Below, in pieces: positions 1-9,715 of a stretch of DNA of 35,971 bases; position 1 is the first letter of the stretch, and each line of letters begins with the position of its first letter. The translations under genes and the position numbers were made by a program. Origin of the DNA: a virus (lineage: Duplodnaviria; Caudoviricetes); the IMG/VR virus record IMGVR_UViG_3300032314_000102, positions 1 to 35,971 of that record, one strand, 5' to 3'. The notes under the pieces are model-generated. The model was not told the DNA's origin. It searched no databases and was given only the letters and a program-made list of their open reading frames with translations.

Positions 1-21
1 CCCAATCTTCTGTAAAAGAAG

Positions 22-51
22 TTGGCAAGAGGGGGGTGTTGCGTATAAACT
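22..51 (+). promoter_or_regulatory. Putative sigma70-type promoter for terS, probably giving a leaderless mRNA
   Basis: TTGGCA (22-27), 18 nt spacer, TAAACT (46-51). The ATG at 58 is 6 nt downstream and has no Shine-Dalgarno. Confidence 0.4.
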
Positions 52-57
52 ACAGTC

Positions 58-528
58 ATGAACAAACTTCCACCAGAACTACACCTTGTACATGGCACAA
101 AGCCTGAGCACCAAGCCATCACTTTGCCCGAATCGGTGAAAAAGAGAATCCCTGAAGCAGAGTGGATGACCAATCCCACCAGATGGGACAAAGCAACTTT
201 TGTGGCTGAAACTGCTGATTACTTATTTGATGTTTATGGAATTGGCTCAGACCAAGACAAGCACACCTTGGCTATGTTGGCAGATCAGATAGACTTGTAT
301 GTGGCTTGCAATATGCAACTATCTAATAGCGATCTGGTAATTTCCACAAATGATGGAAAAACACTTGCTCCTAACCCTATTATCTCCATCAGGAACAATG
401 CACTAAAATTGGTCATACAATTAATGAATGAATTAGGGCTAACCCCTAGAGGTAGGTTAAATAAGACAGAAGGCAATGTTAGTGATAACTCTGCTGTTTC
501 CAAGTTTTTAAGGGGAGTTAAAGGATAA
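58..528 (+). CDS. terS: Terminase small subunit (P27-family-like)
   Basis: N-terminal P.ELHLVHGT, NP.ISIRN and C-terminal ELGLTPRGR motifs, directly upstream of terL. Confidence 0.9.
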   Translation: MNKLPPELHLVHGTKPEHQAITLPESVKKRIPEAEWMTNPTRWDKATFVAETADYLFDVYGIGSDQDKHTLAMLADQIDLYVACNMQLSNSDLVISTNDGKTLAPNPIISIRNNALKLVIQLMNELGLTPRGRLNKTEGNVSDNSAVSKFLRGVKG

Positions 529-529
529 G

Positions 530-2197
530 ATGAACTATCAGGATGGCATCCAATATGCTAATCAGGTAGCCAAAGGGGAAATAGAAGTTTGTAGGAATGT
601 TAGGCTTGCTTGTCAGCGTTTCTTAAATTTTCTTGAAAACAAAGAATGGGAATGGGAGTTTGACCCAGATTACCCCAATCATGTTTTAGGTTTTGCATCC
701 CTACTAAAACACACCAAAGGACATCAGGCTGGGGAAAATGTAGTCCTAGAGCCTTTTCAGATTTTTTTTATTTGTGCCATCTATGGCTTTAGGTCAAAAA
801 AGGATCACAACAGAAGAATGGTAACTGATGTCATTTTGTACATCCCAAGGAAAGCTGGTAAATCTACCCTTACTGCCATCATTGCACTTTATGAATTAGC
901 TTGTGGGGAAGCTGGTGCAGAAGTCTTTACTTTGGCAACCAATAGGGAACAGGCTTCTATTGTTTTTGATGCGGCTAAAGGATTTATTGAAACCGGACCA
1001 AAAGACATTGCCAGCCTGTTTTCAGTCAGCAAATACCAGATTGGAAAGTTTGGAGATTCCCAAACAATGTTCAAGGCATTGTCTAGGGACACCAAAAAGA
1101 CAGGAGATGGTAAAGCACCATCTTGTGTAATTGTGGATGAAGCATCTGCCATTGTTGATAGGAACTCAATTGAGGTTTTGCACTCTGGTATGGTTGCCAG
1201 ACAAAACCCTTTAAGAATCTATATTACAACTGCCAGCTTTAGCAAAGACACCAAGTTTTATGAAGATATGTCCATGCTGGAATCAATGCTAAATGGAGAA
1301 GCCACAGATAACCCAAGGTGGTTTGGATTGCTTTATTCACTTGATCCCCAAGATGATTGGCGAGATCCTAAGACTTGGGCAAAAGCCAATCCCATGCATG
1401 GCATTAGCATTTTTGAAGAAGCCATCCAGCAAAGAGCAGAAGAAGCCAAAGCTAAACCAGCCGCCTTAAATGAATTCTTATGTAAAACCTTGAACATATT
1501 TGTTAGTGCCAATAGTGCATGGATAGATAGGGCAAATTGGGATAAACCAGAGTGTATTCAGCCAATTCCTGAACAAGAGCCAGATGCAGTTTTTATTGGT
1601 TTTGACTTAGCGGCAACTAGGGACTTAAATGCAGTATGCACACTAAAGCGATATGGAGAGTTAGATTACCATGCTCATTGGAAGTTCTTTTTGCCTGAAG
1701 CTGGATATGAGCTAATTCCAAAGCATTATCAGGACATCTTTAGGGTTGCAATTGATTCTGGCATCCTAAAGCTAACTGAAGGCAATGTTATGGATGACAG
1801 GGAAATATCAGATTACATAAAACAGCAATGCGAGAAATACAATGTCAAAGAAGTTGGCTATGATGCCTATAATGCCGCATCCCTTGTGGCTCGATTATAT
1901 GATGCTGGAATACCAGTTAAAAAAGTGGGACAGGGCATGGCAGTATTATCTAATCCTTCTAAATATGTGGAAAAGTTAATACTTAATCAGCAAATCAAGC
2001 ATGATGGAAACCCATTTATAGGTTGGCAATTAGGTAACTGTGAAGTCTATGAAGATGTAAATGGAAACATCAAAGTTCGCAAAAATGAAGCTGATAAATC
2101 TGCAAAAGTTGATGGAATCATTGCATTAATCATTGCTTCCCATTGCAGTTTAGATAATCCTTTTGTGTCCAGTAGCTTTGGATTTAGAAGTTTCTGA
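530..2197 (+). CDS. terL: Terminase large subunit (HK97-like cos type)
   Basis: LEPFQ adenine-binding motif, Walker A IPRKAGKST, Walker B VIVDE, ITTA motif III, nuclease motifs GFDLA and KVDGIIA. Confidence 0.97.
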   Translation: MNYQDGIQYANQVAKGEIEVCRNVRLACQRFLNFLENKEWEWEFDPDYPNHVLGFASLLKHTKGHQAGENVVLEPFQIFFICAIYGFRSKKDHNRRMVTDVILYIPRKAGKSTLTAIIALYELACGEAGAEVFTLATNREQASIVFDAAKGFIETGPKDIASLFSVSKYQIGKFGDSQTMFKALSRDTKKTGDGKAPSCVIVDEASAIVDRNSIEVLHSGMVARQNPLRIYITTASFSKDTKFYEDMSMLESMLNGEATDNPRWFGLLYSLDPQDDWRDPKTWAKANPMHGISIFEEAIQQRAEEAKAKPAALNEFLCKTLNIFVSANSAWIDRANWDKPECIQPIPEQEPDAVFIGFDLAATRDLNAVCTLKRYGELDYHAHWKFFLPEAGYELIPKHYQDIFRVAIDSGILKLTEGNVMDDREISDYIKQQCEKYNVKEVGYDAYNAASLVARLYDAGIPVKKVGQGMAVLSNPSKYVEKLILNQQIKHDGNPFIGWQLGNCEVYEDVNGNIKVRKNEADKSAKVDGIIALIIASHCSLDNPFVSSSFGFRSF

Positions 2198-2236
2198 TAT
2201 AAAATATAGAAAAACCGAAAGAAACAAAGGATTATC

Positions 2237-3637
2237 ATGGGTATTTTAGATATTTTCAGTAGAAAAAAACCACTAGAAAAAGAATCAAATACCCTGTTTG
2301 GGCAGACCCAGCTTGGTAATAATGTTATTTATCAAGGTGCATCTGGCAGACAGACAGTTTCCCAGCAACTATTATATGTAACTACAGCAAGCACTACTGC
2401 GGCTGGCAGACCATTGGATATGTCTGTTCTTAGCCGAAACAGCACAGTCATGTCCTGTGTAGGTGTAAAAGCTAGAGCATTATCCCAGTTGCCAATTGAA
2501 ATTATGTCTAAAGATGAGAATGGTGTATTTGTTAATGCCATTAAATCAAGCAAAGTAGGCACTAGAGATAAGACTAAAGCCAAGCAAGTATTGTCTTTAT
2601 TGCAATCCCCAAATAATTTCCAAAGCCAATATGAGTTTTGGTATCAATGGTCAATGTGGCAAGATTTGGCTGGTGAATGCTTTACCCTTTGGTGGAGAAA
2701 AGACCAACAAGATGCTGTAGCTACCCCGCTAGAAATGTATAACCTAGATGCTACTTTAATCACCACTCAATTAACCCCAGCTAGGTATCCTAGCTATAGA
2801 TTATCAACCCCTAGCTATGGATTTAACAAAGATGAGCCATTATCAGCCCATCAAGTTATGCATATTAGCGAAGCGGCTTGGCAAGGTGTAGCTGGCTTTA
2901 ACAAAGGCATTTTGGCAACCGAATTAGTGGCTTTAGACCAAGATATTGATATTTATGCCAATTATGTCATGTTAAATGGTGCAAAACCATCTGGCTTGTT
3001 TAGAACAGAGCAAGTGATTCCTGATGCTAAATATAAGGAAATTGCTGGCAGACTTAAAGAAGCATGGGCAAGCATGGTTGGTTCTAGAGATACCGATTTA
3101 TCTAAGCCGGGTCAAGGAATGCTGTTAGATCAGGGCATGACATTTGAAACAGTCAAAATGCTAACCCTACAAGATGCTGATGCGGCTAATCTAAAGATAC
3201 AAACCATGAAGCGAATTTGTGCTTTGTTTGGTGTACCCCCACAAATGCTAGGAATTGCAGAAGGTAAGTTTAATAACACTCAGACATTACTTGATGAGTT
3301 TTATAAAACTACTATGTACCCAATGATTATTAATATTGAGCAAAAGCTAAATCAGCATTTGTTAAAAGGGTATCCAAATTTATGTATTCGTTTTGATACT
3401 AAAGATTTCTTAAAGGGTGCTCCATTAGATCAAATGAATTTTGTTAATGCTGGTGTATCTGGTGGCATAATGACCCCCAATGAAGCAAGAGAATATCTAA
3501 ATATGCCTAAAGTTGATGGGGCAGATGAATTAAGTGGTAAATCAACTCCACAAGATAATATTGCTGGTTCTTCTCCACAGGATACTGGTGGGGGTGGTGG
3601 AAATCAAACCAGAAAAATGAATATAGGGAAACAATGA
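2237..3637 (+). CDS. Portal protein, HK97 family
   Basis: V.SCV...A..LSQLPI, PNNFQSQYEFW, NGAKPSG, ICALFGVPP and GIMTPNEARE motifs, placed after terL. Confidence 0.95.
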   Translation: MGILDIFSRKKPLEKESNTLFGQTQLGNNVIYQGASGRQTVSQQLLYVTTASTTAAGRPLDMSVLSRNSTVMSCVGVKARALSQLPIEIMSKDENGVFVNAIKSSKVGTRDKTKAKQVLSLLQSPNNFQSQYEFWYQWSMWQDLAGECFTLWWRKDQQDAVATPLEMYNLDATLITTQLTPARYPSYRLSTPSYGFNKDEPLSAHQVMHISEAAWQGVAGFNKGILATELVALDQDIDIYANYVMLNGAKPSGLFRTEQVIPDAKYKEIAGRLKEAWASMVGSRDTDLSKPGQGMLLDQGMTFETVKMLTLQDADAANLKIQTMKRICALFGVPPQMLGIAEGKFNNTQTLLDEFYKTTMYPMIINIEQKLNQHLLKGYPNLCIRFDTKDFLKGAPLDQMNFVNAGVSGGIMTPNEAREYLNMPKVDGADELSGKSTPQDNIAGSSPQDTGGGGGNQTRKMNIGKQ

Positions 3638-3766
3638 AATTACTAGATAAAGTTTATTCCTTACTATCTTTGCAAATAAAAACAAGTAATGTTAAACTTC
3701 CCATAATAGATGCAAAATCCCCTAAAATACAAGATAATAACCAAGCTATTTCTAATGGGGCTATAA

Positions 3767-4567
3767 ATGAAAAATCTAATTCTAGTTTGCGAAGCAAAAG
3801 TCCAACTGGGACAATCCGCAGACGAAGCACAAAATCCTAGTGGCAAGATAGAAGCAAGAGCTACTACTTGGGGTGCTAGAGAAGGTGCTGATGGTAGAAA
3901 GTTTAATTACCAGCCTGAAGGTTTTGCACAATGGGCTGATGAATTCAATAAAGCTGGCAAACCTATGCCAATGTTCCTAAATCACAATGATATGGGAATG
4001 CCTGTTGGTCAATGGGATGAAGTAATGTTTGATGAAGGTGGAATGACTGCAAAAGGTCGTTTATTCATGAACACAGTAGGTGGATCAGACATTTATTCAG
4101 TATTAAAAGAATCTCCTAACCTATTTGGTGGTGTTTCTGTTGGTGCTTATGCAGATGAAGCGTGTATGGTTGATGAAGCTGGCAACCCATTGCAATTAGG
4201 CATTGATTCAGATGAAGGCTATTTCCAAATCACTAAAGGTGGTTTGCGTGAAATTTCTGTAGTTATGTATCCTAATAATCCAGCCGCAGAAGTTATGAAG
4301 CTAGAATATTTTGATGCAGATGGTCATGCTAACCCAAGAATAATCGAAAAAGCCTTGCGTGATGCTGGGCTTTCCAGAAAAGATGCGACCACCGCATCTT
4401 CAATCCTCAAGAAAGTTTTGGAACAGCGTGATGTTGAGCCAGAAGTAATTACTGAGGTAGCCCCACAACAAGGTGAGCTTGAAGCGGTGGTAAATGAAGC
4501 TGATGCAATTCTAAAAGCCTTACAGGAAAGAGAATTGTTGAAAGCATTATCTAATCGCATTAAATAA
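3767..4567 (+). CDS. Prohead maturation protease, HK97 family
   Basis: PMFLNHN (His), PVGQW, GVSVG (Ser) and LREISVVMYPNNP motifs. C-terminal EKALRDAGLSRKDA. Confidence 0.93.
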   Translation: MKNLILVCEAKVQLGQSADEAQNPSGKIEARATTWGAREGADGRKFNYQPEGFAQWADEFNKAGKPMPMFLNHNDMGMPVGQWDEVMFDEGGMTAKGRLFMNTVGGSDIYSVLKESPNLFGGVSVGAYADEACMVDEAGNPLQLGIDSDEGYFQITKGGLREISVVMYPNNPAAEVMKLEYFDADGHANPRIIEKALRDAGLSRKDATTASSILKKVLEQRDVEPEVITEVAPQQGELEAVVNEADAILKALQERELLKALSNRIK

Positions 4568-4577
4568 AGGAATTATC

Positions 4578-5921
4578 ATGAAAGAAGTTATTGAGAAATT
4601 AGACACAATCGAAGCCGCTTCTGTAGCTAAGATTGAAGAAGTAAAAGCTGAAGTTGCTACTACTGTTGAAGCCGCTAAAGCCGAATTTGCTGAGAAAGTT
4701 GCAAATTTAGAAGCTCGCATTTCTGAAGTACAAGCTCCAGCAATCGTTAAAACTTACACATCTTTGACACAAGAACTTAATCGTTCTGTTCGTGAGCAAA
4801 TTCGTGATTTCTACAAAGCTGGTAACAAAGTAGAAAAAGAAATCAAACTGTTTGAATCAGTAGATCAGTATGATGCATACATGAAGGAAGATGGCTCACA
4901 GTTGGGTAATCCAGCCGGTTATGGTTCTGGTTACAATGTGGGTGGTCGTACTGGTTACGATCCTGTATTCGTTTCTTTGCGTCAAACTAACCCATTGCGT
5001 GGTGTTTCTCGTTCTGTTGCTACTGATGGTTCTGCTTATCAGTTCCGCGCAAAAACTGGAAATGCTGGTGCTCAATGGGGCTATGCAATTCAGAACAATG
5101 GTGCTCCAACAACTCAAAACACAAACATCTGGCAATTGGTGTTGAAAGATTTGAACTGTGAATTCCCTGTTCGTACAGCTACCCTTGATGATATTGATGG
5201 TTTAGAAGGCAACATCATTTCAGACATGATGGCTGAATTTGGACAAGTTGAAGCTCAGTCTATGATCCTCAACAATGACCAAACAGATTCACCAAATACT
5301 TATGGTGGTACAAATGGTTTGCGTGGTTTAAATCAGTATGCTTATTCAAGCACTTATGCTGGTGGTACAACTCATGCTGCGGCTTATGGTACAAGTGGTG
5401 TTTCAACCAGCAATGGTCTGTCCACTATTACTACTTATGACCAGATCACAACCAATGGTACAAGCACAACAACCAACAACATCACTTACAAAGATGTAAT
5501 CAACTTTATCTACAGCTTGCCTAACCAATACTGGACTGAGAATGCTAAGTTCATGATTAATCCAATTCAATTGCAAGCAATTCGTGGATTAACTGATGAC
5601 CAGAAGCGACCAATCTATGTTGATGGCTTGGCTCGTACAGATGGCATCGTAGGTCAGTTGCTTGGCTTTGATGTTGTTGTTAATAAGTATTGCGATACTC
5701 CAAATGATCCGGGCACTTCTCCAAAAGCAGATTTGTTCCCAATGTTCTTTGGTGATTGGACAAAAGGTCATGCAATTGTTGATCGTTTAAACATGGTATT
5801 GCGTAGATACGACCAAACTCAACCGGGTTTCATCACATTCTATGGCGAAAAGCGCCTAGCAAGCTCTGTGGTAGATCCATTTGCGTTGGTAGCTTATCGT
5901 TCTACTCATACAGCAGACTAA
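4578..5921 (+). CDS. Major capsid protein, HK97 fold, with N-terminal coiled-coil delta (scaffold) domain
   Basis: About 100 aa Glu/Lys/Ala-rich N-terminus. Motifs Y..NAKFMIN, LLGFDVVVN, FGDW and ITFYGEKR. Strong AAGGA RBS and CGT-biased Arg codons. Confidence 0.95.
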   Translation: MKEVIEKLDTIEAASVAKIEEVKAEVATTVEAAKAEFAEKVANLEARISEVQAPAIVKTYTSLTQELNRSVREQIRDFYKAGNKVEKEIKLFESVDQYDAYMKEDGSQLGNPAGYGSGYNVGGRTGYDPVFVSLRQTNPLRGVSRSVATDGSAYQFRAKTGNAGAQWGYAIQNNGAPTTQNTNIWQLVLKDLNCEFPVRTATLDDIDGLEGNIISDMMAEFGQVEAQSMILNNDQTDSPNTYGGTNGLRGLNQYAYSSTYAGGTTHAAAYGTSGVSTSNGLSTITTYDQITTNGTSTTTNNITYKDVINFIYSLPNQYWTENAKFMINPIQLQAIRGLTDDQKRPIYVDGLARTDGIVGQLLGFDVVVNKYCDTPNDPGTSPKADLFPMFFGDWTKGHAIVDRLNMVLRRYDQTQPGFITFYGEKRLASSVVDPFALVAYRSTHTAD

Positions 5922-5922
5922 A

Positions 5923-5953
5923 GGCTGGGGGAGAAATCCCCCACCTTTTTTTT
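5923..5953 (+). terminator. Rho-independent terminator after the major capsid gene
   Basis: GG(C)TGGGGGA-GAAA-TCCCCCACC hairpin followed by T8. Confidence 0.9.
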
Positions 5954-5972
5954 AACTTATTTGGATTGAAAT

Positions 5973-7007
5973 ATGAACACCACTCTGATTTATGAAGCTA
6001 TTAAAAAAGCCTTAATTGAAGGCGAAGCCAAAGTAACATTTAATGAAGCATCCAATCTTACTGGCTCTGGATCAGGGATTGGTGGTCGTACAATTTATGA
6101 TGATTCTTTTGCATCATTGCGTATGGCTAACCCATTGCGTACTTATGCAAGAAAAATTACAACCATTGGCTCAGATGAAGCCTTTGTAGCAAAAACTGGT
6201 AATGCAACAAACCCAACAAATCCTTGGGGCTATGAATTTACACCCAATGTGGGAACACCCGGCGAAGATACTGCTTACTGGCAAATTCCAGTAAAAGTTA
6301 TTTCAGCACAGATTCCAATTCGTACTGCTGTTTTATCTGATATTAATGCATTAGAAGAATCAGTAGTAATGGATTTAGCTTTAGAATTTTTACAACAAGA
6401 AGCATTGTCCATGATGCTCAATAATGATCAATCAGGCTCTACCACCACTACAACTGGTGCTGAATATGGCTTGCGTGGTCTGAACTCTTATCCGAGTTCA
6501 ACAACTGAGGCATCTTTTGGCACAAATGGTTCTGCTTTAGATGATGGTATTCATACTGTATTAACAGTTCCACAAGCTAATGAATATTTAGTTTATAACG
6601 ATATTGCTAACCTAGCTTCTGCATTGCCAGCACAATATTGGAACTTTGATACAACTTGCTGGATGATGCATCCTACAACCATCAAGAATTTGCGTGAATT
6701 AACTGGTGGCACAAGTGGTTTGCCAGTATTTTTAGAGGTTGGCGATAAAGATGGTAGTGCTGTAGGCAATATTTTTGGTCATGAAGTGTTGCCTAACCCT
6801 TATATGGATGTAGAAGGTGGAGTAGGCAAGTTCCCTGTTTATTTAGCTGATTGGTCTAGATTTTTGACCATTGCTGATAATGAAGAATTTGTGCTCAAGC
6901 GTTTTGAACAGACCCAACCCGGCTTTGTAACTCTGTATGCTGAAAAGCGTGTAGTTTCTACAATTCGTGATGTGTTTGCTGGAGTTCGTTTAAGCTGGTT
7001 TGATTAA
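5973..7007 (+). CDS. Second HK97-fold capsid protein (paralogue lacking most of the delta domain)
   Basis: Colinear motifs shared with the MCP: GGRT.YD..F.SLR..NPLR, AKTGNA, EA.SM.LNNDQ, GLRGLN.Y and QTQPGF.T.Y.EKR. Confidence 0.88.
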   Translation: MNTTLIYEAIKKALIEGEAKVTFNEASNLTGSGSGIGGRTIYDDSFASLRMANPLRTYARKITTIGSDEAFVAKTGNATNPTNPWGYEFTPNVGTPGEDTAYWQIPVKVISAQIPIRTAVLSDINALEESVVMDLALEFLQQEALSMMLNNDQSGSTTTTTGAEYGLRGLNSYPSSTTEASFGTNGSALDDGIHTVLTVPQANEYLVYNDIANLASALPAQYWNFDTTCWMMHPTTIKNLRELTGGTSGLPVFLEVGDKDGSAVGNIFGHEVLPNPYMDVEGGVGKFPVYLADWSRFLTIADNEEFVLKRFEQTQPGFVTLYAEKRVVSTIRDVFAGVRLSWFD

Positions 7008-7015
7008 GGTTAAAA

Positions 7016-7681
7016 ATGTCTAGCACTCTTACAAGTGGCTCATATTATGGATTGCCAAGGAATCCTTATAGCTATGAAAAAGTAGAGCAAATTAGTCGTG
7101 ATACAGTCACATCATGGCTAACTTTGGAAGAAATTACCCAACAGCTAAACCTTTTTCAGGATGAAAGCCAAGATTCATACTTATCTGGGCTTGAATTGGC
7201 TGTGCGTATGGCGATTGAGGACTATCTTGGTATGTCCATATTCCCAATCACTTATAAAGCCTACTATGGGGCTACAAACAATTCTATGGGGATGCAGACA
7301 TCGTTTGATCTGCCAGAAGTATCCCAGAACTTTAATAATCAGGCTGGAACAGTCATTAATTCAGTTGCTTACTACAATGGGGATAACCCACCAGTATTAA
7401 CAACAATAGCATCTACAGAATACTTTTATGATCCAACAGGAAATAAAGTTGTTGTAAATGCTTTGCCAAATGACATTAGCACAGTAATGACCAGCCCTGT
7501 TGTTATTACTTGGCAGACTAAAGCTAACCCAATAGCCCAGTATCCTGTTATCAAACAAGCTGGATTATTGCTTTTGACCCATTTATATAATAATCGTAGC
7601 AATTCTAATGCGGCTGTAATGCATGATATTCCATTTGGAGTTACTTCCCTTTTAAGACTTTATAAACCTTTGGTGCTATAA
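7016..7681 (+). CDS. Head-tail connector (HK97 gp6-like)
   Basis: LTLEEITQQL, IEDYLG and IKQAGLLLLTHLYNNR...IPFGV..LL motifs. Confidence 0.88.
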   Translation: MSSTLTSGSYYGLPRNPYSYEKVEQISRDTVTSWLTLEEITQQLNLFQDESQDSYLSGLELAVRMAIEDYLGMSIFPITYKAYYGATNNSMGMQTSFDLPEVSQNFNNQAGTVINSVAYYNGDNPPVLTTIASTEYFYDPTGNKVVVNALPNDISTVMTSPVVITWQTKANPIAQYPVIKQAGLLLLTHLYNNRSNSNAAVMHDIPFGVTSLLRLYKPLVL

Positions 7682-8026
7682 ATGTCTATTGCTCGTTATG
7701 AAAATGTAGTTATTAATAATGTTACCAATAGTGTTAATGCCTATGGTGAGCAAACTACAACCATTACTGAGTGGTTTGAAACAAGAGCTAGAGTAGCTGA
7801 TGTGGCAAATAGTGTAAGAATTGCTGATAAATACCGAGTTTATAGCGATTTAGTTAATTTTACTTTTAACTATACCCCTAATCAAAAGCAAATTGTAGAT
7901 AATCAGAATCTATTTAGTATTACTTGGCGAGGGTTTGATTGGCGAATTACTGATGTGCGTGAATCCAATGATAGGATGAATGTTACCCTTTTGTGCTACA
8001 GAAATGACCCAAATACCCCAGTATGA
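7682..8026 (+). CDS. Head closure / head-tail adaptor (SPP1 gp16-like)
   Basis: N.YGEQ..T..EW.ETRA.V and ITWRG.DW.I.DV pattern, size and position. Confidence 0.8.
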   Translation: MSIARYENVVINNVTNSVNAYGEQTTTITEWFETRARVADVANSVRIADKYRVYSDLVNFTFNYTPNQKQIVDNQNLFSITWRGFDWRITDVRESNDRMNVTLLCYRNDPNTPV

Positions 8027-8445
8027 GTACCCAACAAAATCCTGTTGTATATGCCCAAGCTATTCAGTATCAACTGAATGACATATTATCGCCTGTGCCT
8101 GTATATGCCAATTTTAATAGAAATTGGGCTACACAGACCCAGTTTGTCACATGGCAATTAAGAAATATCCACCAGCCTGTATATACAGGGCAACAGCAGA
8201 GCAATAAAGGTATTGATACCCCTGTATTTCAAATGTCGGTATTTAATACAAGTTTAGAAGGTGCTTTTAATATTTCTAATACAATATTACAATCACTTCA
8301 TGGATATTCAGGAATGTTTGGCGATCCTGAAGATAATGGCTTTTTTATTGCCAAAGCAGATGTAGTATGGCTTTATAATACTTATGATAATGAAATTGGA
8401 ATGCAACAGATTATTTTGGATTGCACTCTGTATGTACCAACTTAA
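8023..8445 (+). CDS. Tail terminator / tail completion protein
   Basis: 140 aa with FQMSVF...I.QSLHGY, between the head closure and tail tube genes. Confidence 0.65.
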   Translation: MSTQQNPVVYAQAIQYQLNDILSPVPVYANFNRNWATQTQFVTWQLRNIHQPVYTGQQQSNKGIDTPVFQMSVFNTSLEGAFNISNTILQSLHGYSGMFGDPEDNGFFIAKADVVWLYNTYDNEIGMQQIILDCTLYVPT

Positions 8446-8485
8446 TAAGATAGAATTTATTAACTAATTTTTTACGAGGTTCAAA

Positions 8486-9010
8486 ATGGCTCTTATTAAT
8501 AAAGTATTGCCCGGTTATGTGGCAACCCTATGGATGCAAGAAGGTGCTAGTCCAACAGCATTAACTGATGCTCAATTGTCCACATGGACAGGACAAGTTG
8601 CAAATATCGTTGGTACTGAAGCTGGTGGTGCTGGCACAGATGGTTTATTTGTTCCTGTTGAAGCTATCCCAGCCTTTGGTGCTGATGATGCATTTGCCGC
8701 CTATAATGTGGCTGGTGCTAGAACTGGTGCTAAGATCACCACTCAAAATCAAGTTACTTCTTTGACAATTACTTCTGCATGGAATCCAGAAGATACAGCA
8801 CAATTGTTAATTCGTGATGATGGCTACAATGGCACAATTATCCGTACTTATGTAATCGCTGTTTATGATGGTACAGATACAGTTGCTTATGCATTTAATG
8901 GTCGTGTAGGTGGTTTGCAATGGGATATGTCTCCAACTGCTGAAGGTAAATTTATCTTCACTATTCATCCAGTTGGTGGCAATTCTTATGGCTGGTCTAA
9001 CAATACTTAA
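8486..9010 (+). CDS. Major tail tube protein
   Basis: 174 aa, beta-rich, YAFNGRV motif, strong GAGG RBS, position upstream of the chaperones and tape measure. Confidence 0.75.
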   Translation: MALINKVLPGYVATLWMQEGASPTALTDAQLSTWTGQVANIVGTEAGGAGTDGLFVPVEAIPAFGADDAFAAYNVAGARTGAKITTQNQVTSLTITSAWNPEDTAQLLIRDDGYNGTIIRTYVIAVYDGTDTVAYAFNGRVGGLQWDMSPTAEGKFIFTIHPVGGNSYGWSNNT

Positions 9011-9021
9011 TAGAAAAATAT

Positions 9022-9249
9022 ATGACAGCACAGAATGGATCACAAGATTTACTAAACTACATTATTTCCCAAGCCAATTCAGAAAGTAAGAATTGGTTTG
9101 GGTTTAAGCAACAGCGTATTGCTGGAATCAGTATGGCTTATGAAATAGCCAAATATCATGCAGACAAGCTATCACCAGAAGAAGTGGTAGATTATGTTGG
9201 CAAATTAAACAATGCTATTTTCCATAAGCTAATTAAAGCGGTGGAATAA
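9022..9249 (+). CDS. Hypothetical protein (tail module)
   Basis: 75 aa ORF tightly packed between tail genes. Confidence 0.6.
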   Translation: MTAQNGSQDLLNYIISQANSESKNWFGFKQQRIAGISMAYEIAKYHADKLSPEEVVDYVGKLNNAIFHKLIKAVE

Positions 9250-9250
9250 A

Positions 9251-9712
9251 ATGGCTGAAATTATTTCAGTCAAAACAGAAGGCTTCAAAGAACTAGAAGC
9301 TGTATTAATAGAGATGGGTGAAGATTTGTGTTATGGCAAAACTGCCAGCAAAGTCCTTTTGCCAGCTATCAGAAATGCTATGCAACCAGTTTTGCAAAGT
9401 GCAAGGCAATTAGCCCCTTATGATGAAAATAACAATACCACTCCTCACTTAAAGGACAGTATTAAACTTACTGCTAGAGTTCCCAACTCAAGAGATCAAA
9501 GGTCTATATATTCAGAGCCAAATGATATAGCCATTGGTATAGTGTCAGCCAGAACAGACAAAAGAGGTATTTCACAAGAGTTTGGCAATAAAGCAGTTGC
9601 TCCACAGCCTTATCTTAGACCAGCATTAGAATCCCAAGCATCTAGAGTAATTAACATTCTAGGCACTTTTTTAACTTATAAACTTCAACAATACAAATCA
9701 AAAAAGGTATAA
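9251..9712 (+). CDS. HK97 gp10-like neck/tail component
   Basis: EGFKEL...L, A...AP, LKDSI and QEFG.K....QPYLRPALE motifs. Confidence 0.85.
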   Translation: MAEIISVKTEGFKELEAVLIEMGEDLCYGKTASKVLLPAIRNAMQPVLQSARQLAPYDENNNTTPHLKDSIKLTARVPNSRDQRSIYSEPNDIAIGIVSARTDKRGISQEFGNKAVAPQPYLRPALESQASRVINILGTFLTYKLQQYKSKKV

Positions 9713-9715
9713 AAC

